The notes below the pieces were generated by a model, which made no database searches, was not told the origin of the DNA, and saw nothing but the letters and a program-made list of their open reading frames with translations. The position numbers and the translations under genes are program-made. From an uncultured virus (IMG/VR IMGVR_UViG_3300048625_000025) (Duplodnaviria > Heunggongvirae > Uroviricota > Caudoviricetes): a stretch of 20,000 nt of DNA. How positions within the stretch are numbered: the stretch's first letter is position 1; the number at the start of each line of letters is the position of its first letter. Below are positions 7,809 through 15,324 of the stretch, piece after piece. The stretch is from the IMG/VR virus record IMGVR_UViG_3300048625_000025, positions 56,316-76,315 of that record; one strand, given 5' to 3'.

Positions 7809-8546
7809 ATGAAGACAATACAACCATTATACCGTAGCACCTACATTGGAGAGCGAGTTAACGATACTCGCGATCTAACTAGTGGAGCATGGACCTCCGA
7901 GCAGATTACAATTCCTCCTAGTCAAACTGCATCGCAGTATGGGACAAAGGCACTAGTAATTGGCAATGGAGAAAGTCGCCGCAAGTTTAACCTTGAAGCT
8001 ATTAAGCATCACAAAAACGGCGTACCAGCATTAGGCGCTTTGCAAACATACGGTTGTAATGCACTGCATAGAGACTTCCGTCCAAATTTCTTGGTTGTTA
8101 CTAGACCTGAAATTCTCAATGAAGTAATGGATAGCAACTACACAGCAGCTAATATTGTCTATGCAAATAGATCTTACGTTAGTGCAGATCCAACCCGCCT
8201 ATACTATATTCCGCAAGACCCATGTTGGAACAGCGGCGCGATGGCGGCATACATGGCCTGCTTTGACGGACACGCTAAAGTCTACTTAGTGGGATTTGAC
8301 GGAGTAGATACTCCAACGCATAGCTACAACCTGTACCAAGATACCAATGGATATCCAGAATTAAAAGATGGATACAACGAGGCGTTCTATGTTCAGACAA
8401 TGTTGCAAGTATTTAACACCTACCCTGATGTTGATTTTGTACGAGTTAAGCCAACTGACTCGTTTAGGCTTCCTGAAGAATGGAAGTGGGCACCTAACTT
8501 ACGTCAAATTGATTTTAACCAATTTGTAAACGAAGTAGATTTATAA
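7809..8546 (+). CDS. DUF115/MptE-like or GT42 sialyltransferase-like Rossmann-fold protein
   Basis: ALVIGNGESR, YGCNALHRDFRPNFLV, WNSGAMAAYMA..G...VYLVGFDG motif series typical of the MAF/DUF115/CstII-like superfamily. Exact activity unknown. Confidence 0.6.
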   Translation: MKTIQPLYRSTYIGERVNDTRDLTSGAWTSEQITIPPSQTASQYGTKALVIGNGESRRKFNLEAIKHHKNGVPALGALQTYGCNALHRDFRPNFLVVTRPEILNEVMDSNYTAANIVYANRSYVSADPTRLYYIPQDPCWNSGAMAAYMACFDGHAKVYLVGFDGVDTPTHSYNLYQDTNGYPELKDGYNEAFYVQTMLQVFNTYPDVDFVRVKPTDSFRLPEEWKWAPNLRQIDFNQFVNEVDL

Positions 8547-8963
8547 GATACTCTCTAGTGTTTTGATCTTTTCCAACACGCTTTGGAAATTAAATGTGCG
8601 CCACACACCCGGATGCAGTGGCTTAGGATGATCCTCAATGCTGGTCCAAGCATACCCTCTATGTTCGTGATTTAGTTCAGGCACAAATTCACGCTCTACT
8701 GTAACCAGATATGTGTGATATTCAAAGTTAGCGTTATCACTAGTAAAGTGTTCTAAGGGAATGATCTTGTTTGATTCAACTGGACCAATCTCTTCGATGA
8801 TTTCTCTACCTAGTGCTTGGATAGCAGTTTCGTCTTTTTCAACCTTACCGCCAACTAGTCCCCAATGGCCATTATGCTTGTGTCCGTTGCGTAACACAAA
8901 CAAATAACGTTTTGTTTTCTGGCTGTAGAATAAAGCTCCTACGCCTACAGTATGATTGACCAT
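8541..8963 (-). CDS. NUDIX hydrolase
   Basis: Complete Nudix box G-KVEKD-E-TAIQALG-RE-II-EE-IG (GX5EX7REUXEEXG). The start overlaps the end of the gp15-like gene by 19 bp. Confidence 0.93.
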   Translation of the reverse strand: MVNHTVGVGALFYSQKTKRYLFVLRNGHKHNGHWGLVGGKVEKDETAIQALGREIIEEIGPVESNKIIPLEHFTSDNANFEYHTYLVTVEREFVPELNHEHRGYAWTSIEDHPKPLHPGVWRTFNFQSVLEKIKTLESIL

Positions 8964-10321
8964 TCGCCTTCGTGATATACACCGTCGATGCTCTTGGTCC
9001 AGTTACCTGCAAGCCATTTATATTGAACACCAGTGGTTAAGTTAGTAACGTATTCTAACGTAGAGTGATCAGTGCTGTCAAGACTTACGGTCCAATTGGT
9101 TCCGTTAAACTCAATGATATCGTTTGCGTTTGCAGTTAAGTTGCCCCATACTGCGGTGCCAGTGCCAATTCCATCTAAGATAAGATATCGTGTGCCCGCA
9201 GTTGGTGTTAATAAATTGTTGTCATCTACGTTAACATTTCGTGGGTCAATGATAGCGTCAATTGGGTCCAAAGTGTTAGCTGGCGCAGTGTCTGTGTCTA
9301 GCGTAAACAACAATAAGGTATCATCTGTTGGATGATAAGCAATGGTGCCCACTAGTTCAGTGGTTGCAGTTACTCCGTCAATTTCGTCGTATGCTACTGC
9401 TAACTGTAAACGAACTTGACTTGCACCATCTTTGAGACTACCGTACATGCCAATCAGTGGCTTCCAAAAATCAGCAGTGCCGATCTTATCTGTGCCGTCT
9501 GCATTAGACATTTCATTCTTCTTTAGTAGCTTTAGAGTATTGCCGGTAAACAGTACGCTATAGTGCAGCGGAGTTAGCATTTTACGTGCTAACAAATTAC
9601 TTTCAGCCATGGCGTTCTCGTCTAAGTTACCATTGGCATCAAAAATGCTAGTGATAATCTTTTGTACAACCCCAAGTTGTTTGACTTTTGCAGGACCGCT
9701 GATCCAAATTGGAATCTCAAAAGTCATTGTGCAAATATCAATTGGTTCTTCGCCACCTGTTGGTACACTTCGGCTCGACCAGCTTAGGTCGGTACGAGTA
9801 ACCACGGTTAAGCTAGTCCAGTCGATATAGTTGTCTGTGCTTTGAATTTCCATGCTAGGGTTGAACAGCACACCAATTTGCTCAACTAGTTGCAGCTTCT
9901 GCTCAGTATTACTAGTCCAGATATCCAACTTCAATGTTAGCTTATAGGGCACAGGCATCATACGCTCAACAGTGTACGCACTGTCTTGGGTAGTACCATA
10001 TTCGCCTGTCATTGGATCATAACTCTTTTGTCGTAAGTTTAGTTTGCTAACAAAGAACGGCTCTTGCATACGAGACTGATCGTATTGCAGTCCATTAATA
10101 TAAACAGCCATTGCGGGCACAGCGTTTAAACTGTTCTCACTATTGTTGCGTAGAATCATTGCGGCTTGTCTGCTAACATCTCCGTATACAACAGGCACAC
10201 GTTGTAGCGCAATGGCACCGTTGCGGTCCTTGCCAAACTCCACCTGGAAGTTGCTCATCATGCGGATGAACTGTGTTACGAATCGACGGATCTGCCCGTC
10301 ATAAAAATAGGCCTGTGCCAT
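8945..10321 (-). CDS. gp15: Tail terminator / sheath stabilizer, T4 gp15-like, with a C-terminal extension
   Basis: YFYDGQIRRFVTQF, RVPVVYG, PAMAVYINGLQYD..R, PVPYKLTLKLDIWT...QLVEQI..LFNP match the gp15 family pattern. Extra C-terminal region of about 230 aa. Confidence 0.8.
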   Translation of the reverse strand: MAQAYFYDGQIRRFVTQFIRMMSNFQVEFGKDRNGAIALQRVPVVYGDVSRQAAMILRNNSENSLNAVPAMAVYINGLQYDQSRMQEPFFVSKLNLRQKSYDPMTGEYGTTQDSAYTVERMMPVPYKLTLKLDIWTSNTEQKLQLVEQIGVLFNPSMEIQSTDNYIDWTSLTVVTRTDLSWSSRSVPTGGEEPIDICTMTFEIPIWISGPAKVKQLGVVQKIITSIFDANGNLDENAMAESNLLARKMLTPLHYSVLFTGNTLKLLKKNEMSNADGTDKIGTADFWKPLIGMYGSLKDGASQVRLQLAVAYDEIDGVTATTELVGTIAYHPTDDTLLLFTLDTDTAPANTLDPIDAIIDPRNVNVDDNNLLTPTAGTRYLILDGIGTGTAVWGNLTANANDIIEFNGTNWTVSLDSTDHSTLEYVTNLTTGVQYKWLAGNWTKSIDGVYHEGEWSIIL

Positions 10322-10380
10322 TATGTATTCCCTTTTGATTTTTTACGATTGGCAATATGCGTAAACTTGTAGATGTACAT
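10321..10380 (-). pseudogene. 19-codon mini-ORF MYIYKFTHIANRKKSKGNT*, likely deletion scar of a GIY-YIG homing endonuclease
   Basis: Fills the gp14-gp15 gap exactly, with TAATG overlaps at both ends. MYIYKFTH is a typical GIY-YIG N-terminus. Not in the supplied ORF track. Confidence 0.7.
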
Positions 10381-11477
10381 TAATTATCTGCCGTTGGTTT
10401 AAGGATCTTACTTAGACCCTGCAATGTAGTGTGCGTACCGCCGCTGTGGTCAGTGTAGGTACTAGTGTCGTTAACAAAGCTGCTACGAAGAGTGTGATTC
10501 TCTGGACCATTGGTTAAGTTGGTACGAACTGCATCCTCAATTTTAACCCAACGACTGCCATCGAATCTAAACAGTCTATTAGGTACATAGTCCAGACGCA
10601 AGTAATAATCACCTTCGTCTGGAGTACCAGGAAATGCAATTCCGGCAGCAACAGCAATGCCATTTGGCGCTAGCCCGTCACCAGTCAAGTAACCGTGTAC
10701 TTTGTCTGTTGGAGTATTGCTAGCAACATCTGGCGGGGTGTTGGATTGAATATAAATGCCGCTAGTATCATATCCCGAAGCTGGTACGTCAGACTCAGCT
10801 TGAGCAATAATAGCGTCATTGATGTTTTGATATTTCTGGATAGTACTCAAAATGTCTCCCACTGGTGTAGTGGTGTTTGTCCCGCCTGGGATATTCTTAA
10901 GAATATCTTTGTACTCTTGACTATCAGTCAGAGGGTTCAACTTAACACGCCAAATGTGTGGCCACCAAGTTGGGGTAAACCCTTCGCTGCCAAATTGTGC
11001 ATCACTACAAACATAAAAACGCTTTAGTGCAACAGGAGTACTTTGATCCAAACTGTTATAGTCCATCAAGTGCATAAGTTCAAGAACGTCGCCGTTCATG
11101 ATTTTGCGCCCGATGTTATCAATCATGTCGTTTAAGTGGAACGTCATAAACAGTGTGCCAGTTTGCAAGAACAAACCAAATTGGCTCAAGTCAAAACTGT
11201 TATCTGCTACTTGATACTGCCCGCGCATGTTGTATACGCTGGTATCATATTTGCGATCCCTATTTTCCAAGAACAACAAGTCTTGGATATTCATTTCACT
11301 TTGGTTAGTGTAAACAGGCTTAGTAGCATCAGTGCTACCAGTTTGTTCAGTTGGTCCCAAATATTTGTGCAGCAACACGCCTGTTCCGCCAATGGTGTAC
11401 ATTTCGCTAATTCTGCGATCTAAGAACTTGTAATCATTTGTATGCTTACCGTCTTTCCAAAGACTTAAACGTGCCAT
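10380..11477 (-). CDS. Neck/head-closure protein, T4 gp14-like
   Basis: SD GAGGA and a late motif upstream. DLLFLENRDRKY, DLSQFGLFLQTGTLFMTF and GDVLEL resemble gp14 motifs. Directly upstream of the gp15-like gene. Confidence 0.65.
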   Translation of the reverse strand: MARLSLWKDGKHTNDYKFLDRRISEMYTIGGTGVLLHKYLGPTEQTGSTDATKPVYTNQSEMNIQDLLFLENRDRKYDTSVYNMRGQYQVADNSFDLSQFGLFLQTGTLFMTFHLNDMIDNIGRKIMNGDVLELMHLMDYNSLDQSTPVALKRFYVCSDAQFGSEGFTPTWWPHIWRVKLNPLTDSQEYKDILKNIPGGTNTTTPVGDILSTIQKYQNINDAIIAQAESDVPASGYDTSGIYIQSNTPPDVASNTPTDKVHGYLTGDGLAPNGIAVAAGIAFPGTPDEGDYYLRLDYVPNRLFRFDGSRWVKIEDAVRTNLTNGPENHTLRSSFVNDTSTYTDHSGGTHTTLQGLSKILKPTADN

Positions 11478-11495
11478 GCTATTTCCTCAATGTAG

Positions 11496-11502
11496 TATTT
11501 AT
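11496..11502 (-). promoter_or_regulatory. Late promoter-like motif ATAAATA for the gp14-gp15-NUDIX operon
   Basis: The minus strand reads cATAAATActacattGAGGAaatagcATG. Confidence 0.7.
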
Positions 11503-11505
11503 GGT

Positions 11506-11534
11506 TTGACTCATTAACCATTTTGTTGTATAAT
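11506..11534 (+). promoter_or_regulatory. Sigma70-type early promoter
   Basis: TTGACT (11506-11) - 17 bp - TATAAT (11529-34). ATG follows 6 nt later at 11541. Confidence 0.85.
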
Positions 11535-11540
11535 AGCCCT

Positions 11541-11804
11541 ATGCAAGCCAAACACCAAGCACATCACAACGAGCTAGACGCATGTCTAGTTGTATTGCAA
11601 AATACCAAAGATATTGTTGCTAAAAGCGCACTGTGGAAGTTTTACAACAATCTACGCCTAACTTGGGTTGCACTAGACAATGAAATGATTGAGTGCAGGC
11701 GCCGCGGGCGTGTAACATCAAAGTACACAGAACTAGAAGTGCAGTTTGCTGAGCATTGCAAAAACTTTGAGCATTGGCAAATTATGGCTGCACTTTTGTA
11801 CTAA
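11541..11804 (+). CDS. Hypothetical helical protein (87 aa), probably leaderless
   Basis: ATG 11541 preferred over TTG 11523, which lies inside the promoter. No recognisable motif. Confidence 0.7.
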   Translation: MQAKHQAHHNELDACLVVLQNTKDIVAKSALWKFYNNLRLTWVALDNEMIECRRRGRVTSKYTELEVQFAEHCKNFEHWQIMAALLY

Positions 11805-11805
11805 C

Positions 11806-11834
11806 TTGACCTAAAATGGTTTTGCTGCTATAAT
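11806..11834 (+). promoter_or_regulatory. Sigma70-type early promoter with extended -10
   Basis: TTGACC (11806-11) - 17 bp - TGcTATAAT (-10 at 11829-34). ATG follows 6 nt later at 11841. Confidence 0.88.
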
Positions 11835-11840
11835 ACAGTT

Positions 11841-12272
11841 ATGGAATACAAAGTAGAGTCAAACAGCAAAACGACCCAAAAGTTTTTGGAAAGTTTGATG
11901 CCATCTTTTATCAAGCAACTGGGCTTGCAGAATAGCACAAAAGCATTACTTGTTAAAGTAACAGCAGATACCCCAGATGGTATGGAAGGCGCAACCCTGT
12001 TTATGGAGTTTGCAGACTGCTATCTTGTGCTAATCAAGCCCCCAAAGAAACGTATCAACAAAGTTAAGCTGATCGACTTGGCAACTACACTAGCACACGA
12101 AATGGTGCATGTGCGCCAGCTTGCTAAAGGTATGATGAAATTTTTGCCCAACAATGCACGTATGTGGATGGGAAAGCGTTATAATAAGTCAGTAACTTAT
12201 TTGAACCAGCCCTGGGAGTTGGACGCATTTTCTAAACAAGAAATTTTGGTTCGCAGAGCCATTGAGGAATAA
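11841..12272 (+). CDS. Zincin-like metallopeptidase (HExxH)
   Basis: TLAHEMVHVRQ plus downstream Y..QPWELDA, which supplies the third ligand Glu. Confidence 0.75.
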   Translation: MEYKVESNSKTTQKFLESLMPSFIKQLGLQNSTKALLVKVTADTPDGMEGATLFMEFADCYLVLIKPPKKRINKVKLIDLATTLAHEMVHVRQLAKGMMKFLPNNARMWMGKRYNKSVTYLNQPWELDAFSKQEILVRRAIEE

Positions 12273-12500
12273 ATGTATAAATTAATAAACAAAGCAGGAA
12301 CAGAGTTGGATGGGTTTGAAACCTTAGACTCTGCTATGCAAGCTGCAAAGGCAGTGGGATTCTTTGTAACAATCAAAGGTCCGGAGTTTGAAGTATGTGG
12401 TGTGTTTGGGGTAGACACAGTTGCGGATGGCAAGTGCCCAGATGGCATTGCATACGATTGGAACAAAGCATCGCGCATTGGCGCACCGAAACGACGTTAA
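12273..12500 (+). CDS. Hypothetical protein (75 aa)
   Basis: SD GAGGA. ATG immediately follows the upstream stop. Confidence 0.75.
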   Translation: MYKLINKAGTELDGFETLDSAMQAAKAVGFFVTIKGPEFEVCGVFGVDTVADGKCPDGIAYDWNKASRIGAPKRR

Positions 12501-12510
12501 GGAAAAAGAC

Positions 12511-13677
12511 ATGGCAACAGTAGCTGGCATCAAGATTAAAGTTAAAGCACCGCGGGCACAGCGCATCGCATTTGCTGATGAAAAGTACACAGGGCCTGAG
12601 CCTGAGTGGCCAGCTGAATCCGCAGAATGGGATGGAGACAAGTTTGATAACCTTCTGCGTAAGAGTTTCTATTACTACAATTACTACTACAGTCAAAAAG
12701 ACTGTAAGAAGTATGTAGTCGAGTGGCTGCAAAAGAACAGCAAGCTAACGGCAGAAGAAATCCGTGCGTTTAACCGCGCAGGCGACCGTTTGCTACCAAT
12801 GACAGTGTGCAGCTTGATTATGGCACATCGTCAAGGTATGCCGTTCCGTGGACGCCACATTGAGTTTATTATTGATAGCGTACAAGCTGTCATTGACCAA
12901 GCTGAGCCGGAAGTTGTAGAGACTGCGGAGGGAGACAAACCTAAAGCATACGTGCCAACTATCCAGGATCGCCTCAACGAAAAGACCAGCGAAATTATCG
13001 GAGAGCTTGAGGGCATCTTTGATGATATTGCAACAGGAGTTAAAAACCCTTCCAAGTTGTATGACTTCTTGGTTGCTAACAACGTAGTACAAAGCCAGTT
13101 AGGAAAGTATGAAGGACTATTTCGCAAGCGCAAGGACGAACTATTACTCGCACAGTCTAAAACAGATGACCAAGTACGAGAAGGCTATAGCCATCTTAAA
13201 GCCGCTGATTTCAAACGAATTATTGGCTGGATCGATGACTTGCTCTCAGCTGTTGACCAATACCGCGGGGTCAAGAAAGCAACTAAAAAGGCTCGAGTTA
13301 AGAAAGCCCCGAGCAAAGAAAAGTTGGTGGCAAAGCTCAAGTATGCCAAAGCAGATGCTGCACTTAAAATTGTTTCTATCAATCCTGCGGACATTATCGG
13401 AGCAGGCGAGCTCTGGGTCTATAACATTAAGACTCGGAAGCTGGGCAAATACGTGGCCGCTGCATATAAGCAGCTCAGCATCAAAGGTACTAGCATTGAA
13501 GGCTTCGACACAGACAAAAGCACAAGTAAGACTCTACGTAAACCGGACGAAAAGCTGAAAGAGTTTGCTAAAGCAGGTAAAATCCAGTTACGCAAGTTCT
13601 TGGACGATATCAAAGCAACAGAGACCAAGCTAAACGGCCGCATTAGTGCAGACGTAGTATTGCTCCGCGTTCAGTAA
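12511..13677 (+). CDS. Hypothetical phage protein (388 aa), Lys-rich C-terminal half
   Basis: SD AAGGA at 12499-12503 supports ATG 12511 rather than TTG 12421. Basic KKATKKARVKKAPSKEK linker. Function not recognised. Confidence 0.8.
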   Translation: MATVAGIKIKVKAPRAQRIAFADEKYTGPEPEWPAESAEWDGDKFDNLLRKSFYYYNYYYSQKDCKKYVVEWLQKNSKLTAEEIRAFNRAGDRLLPMTVCSLIMAHRQGMPFRGRHIEFIIDSVQAVIDQAEPEVVETAEGDKPKAYVPTIQDRLNEKTSEIIGELEGIFDDIATGVKNPSKLYDFLVANNVVQSQLGKYEGLFRKRKDELLLAQSKTDDQVREGYSHLKAADFKRIIGWIDDLLSAVDQYRGVKKATKKARVKKAPSKEKLVAKLKYAKADAALKIVSINPADIIGAGELWVYNIKTRKLGKYVAAAYKQLSIKGTSIEGFDTDKSTSKTLRKPDEKLKEFAKAGKIQLRKFLDDIKATETKLNGRISADVVLLRVQ

Positions 13678-13682
13678 GCCAC

Positions 13683-13724
13683 AAGTCCTGTCTATCGGTA
13701 ATAAATACTGGTAACAGGACTTTT
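13683..13724 (+). terminator. Long hairpin with short U-tract ending the early island; covers a late promoter and the SD of the next gene
   Basis: AAGTCCTGT(c)TATCGGTA-ATAAA-TACTGGTA-ACAGGACTT-TT. 17 pairs including 2 G-U. Confidence 0.7.
13701..13707 (+). promoter_or_regulatory. Late promoter-like motif ATAAATA at the hairpin loop
   Basis: 19 nt upstream of ATG 13727. SD AGGA at 13716-19. Confidence 0.7.
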
Positions 13725-13726
13725 CT

Positions 13727-14623
13727 ATGGCCATTAAAAACACAACACTCTACGATGCAAACGGTAATCTACCAACAGATACCCTTTTCCAATCCAACAC
13801 AGGCACAGGTAGCGGGCATATTCAATATGATTCAGCAGACTACGATAGCGCCAACGCAAAACGTGCGGAAATAACAGACTACATCCGTATGCGCTTAGGC
13901 GACGGTATGGTAGACGTAGAACTTGAAAAAGAACACTACGAAATGGCTATCAAACAAGCCATGGTCAAGTACCGCCAACGCAGCAGTAATGCAGTTGAAG
14001 AAAGCTATGCGTTCTTACAGCTATTGCCAGAAACACAAGAATACATCCTTCCTAAAGAAATTATGGAAGTGCGCCAAGTTAACCGCCGTGGTATTGGTAG
14101 TGTAACTGGAACAACGGCCAGCCAGTTTGAACCATTTGCATCAGGTTACCTAAACACTTACATGTTAGTAGCAGGGCGTGTGGGGGGATTAGCTAGTTAC
14201 GAGTTGTTTGTTGATTACCAAAAGCAATCAATGAAGATGTTTGGCGGCTTCATGAACTTTACATTCAATCCAGTTACTAAAAAGCTAACCATTGTTCGTA
14301 AGATTCCATTCCAGGGACAAGGCGATACTAACTTTGAAAATGCAGAGTCCTGCTTGCTATGGTGCTACAACTACAAACCAGACTGGCACTTGTTAAACGA
14401 CTACCGTGTTATGCCGTGGTTACAAGAATATGCTTATGCGTTTGCTAAAGAGTTACTAGGACATGCTTACAGCAAGTTTGCAAGTATTGCTGGCCCACAG
14501 GGCGGCACCACTCTAAACGGTGCAGCATTGGTTAGCGAAGCTAGAGAAGAAATGGCAGCACTTGAGGAAGAACTAAAACGATTCCAAGACGGTGGTACTC
14601 CAATGACATGGGTGACTGGTTAA
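13727..14623 (+). CDS. Neck / head-to-tail adaptor protein, T4 gp13-like
   Basis: DYIRMRLG..MVDVELEKEH, WLQEYAYA.AKELLG...SKF..I.GPQGGTTLNG..L..EA.EEM..LEEEL match the gp13 family pattern. Confidence 0.8.
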   Translation: MAIKNTTLYDANGNLPTDTLFQSNTGTGSGHIQYDSADYDSANAKRAEITDYIRMRLGDGMVDVELEKEHYEMAIKQAMVKYRQRSSNAVEESYAFLQLLPETQEYILPKEIMEVRQVNRRGIGSVTGTTASQFEPFASGYLNTYMLVAGRVGGLASYELFVDYQKQSMKMFGGFMNFTFNPVTKKLTIVRKIPFQGQGDTNFENAESCLLWCYNYKPDWHLLNDYRVMPWLQEYAYAFAKELLGHAYSKFASIAGPQGGTTLNGAALVSEAREEMAALEEELKRFQDGGTPMTWVTG

Positions 14624-14627
14624 TCAT

Positions 14628-15275
14628 ATGAAAATTAATGAAGTTATAACAGAATCTATAGTTGACGAAGCTCGCATGGACGATGGTATTAAGAAAGAGA
14701 TGATCAAACAAGGGTACCAGTTTCTTGGCCACGGACAAGATCAAGACGCTTATCTAGCACCAGATGGTACTATCTTAAAGATATTTGGGTACGAAACTGA
14801 TAGCAGGGGGATGTCTGAAGGGCAACGTAGCTTTATCGACTTTGCTAACTTCTGTATGGAAAATCCCACCAACCCATTCTTGCCACAGTTTGGGGGATGG
14901 CAGAAGTTTAAGTTCAACGGCCAAGGGTATTTACAAATCAAGAGTGAGCGATTATTTGAGATACCAGACGATTTGGGCGACATGCTGGCAGATTTAGTTG
15001 ATAGAATTGAAATCTTTAAACCAGCACAAGCCATAGAAAGATTTATGAAATGGGAAGTTGATAATGACAGTAATCCCGAACGTGCCGGAAAGTTAATTAC
15101 TATGCTTGGTGGCGAACAACAGCTTATGTTATTTGCTCAAACTGTTAAGCAATTATCCAACATCGGACGTAAAAAAGGTTATGGAATAGATTTGCATAGC
15201 GGAAACTTTATGTTAGGTAGCGATGGAGAGATTGTGATTAACGATCCATTCTTTACGGGCACAATGCGCCGTTGA
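14628..15275 (+). CDS. Protein-kinase-like fold protein (minimal Ser/Thr-kinase type) with MKINEVITE N-terminal leader
   Basis: FLGHGQDQDAY Gly-loop, ILKIF (beta3 Lys), IDLHSGNFM catalytic loop and VINDPF (DFG equivalent). Confidence 0.72.
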   Translation: MKINEVITESIVDEARMDDGIKKEMIKQGYQFLGHGQDQDAYLAPDGTILKIFGYETDSRGMSEGQRSFIDFANFCMENPTNPFLPQFGGWQKFKFNGQGYLQIKSERLFEIPDDLGDMLADLVDRIEIFKPAQAIERFMKWEVDNDSNPERAGKLITMLGGEQQLMLFAQTVKQLSNIGRKKGYGIDLHSGNFMLGSDGEIVINDPFFTGTMRR

Positions 15276-15300
15276 CCTTTAGCATACAATATGCAATAAT
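15272..15300 (+). promoter_or_regulatory. Sigma70-type promoter for dNMP kinase
   Basis: TTGACC (15272-77, contains the upstream TGA stop) - 17 bp - TGcAATAAT (-10 at 15295-300). Confidence 0.6.
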
Positions 15301-15324
15301 GCCCTTATACGTAAGGGCTTTTTT
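15301..15324 (+). terminator. Rho-independent terminator
   Basis: GCCCTTA-TACG-TAAGGGC followed by TTTTTT. UNCG-type tetraloop. Abuts ATG 15325. Confidence 0.85.

Noticed and set aside
11506..11834. Exact 300-bp spacing of the two sigma70 promoters
   Set aside because: No sequence periodicity beyond the promoter boxes. The spacing simply equals gene plus promoter length.
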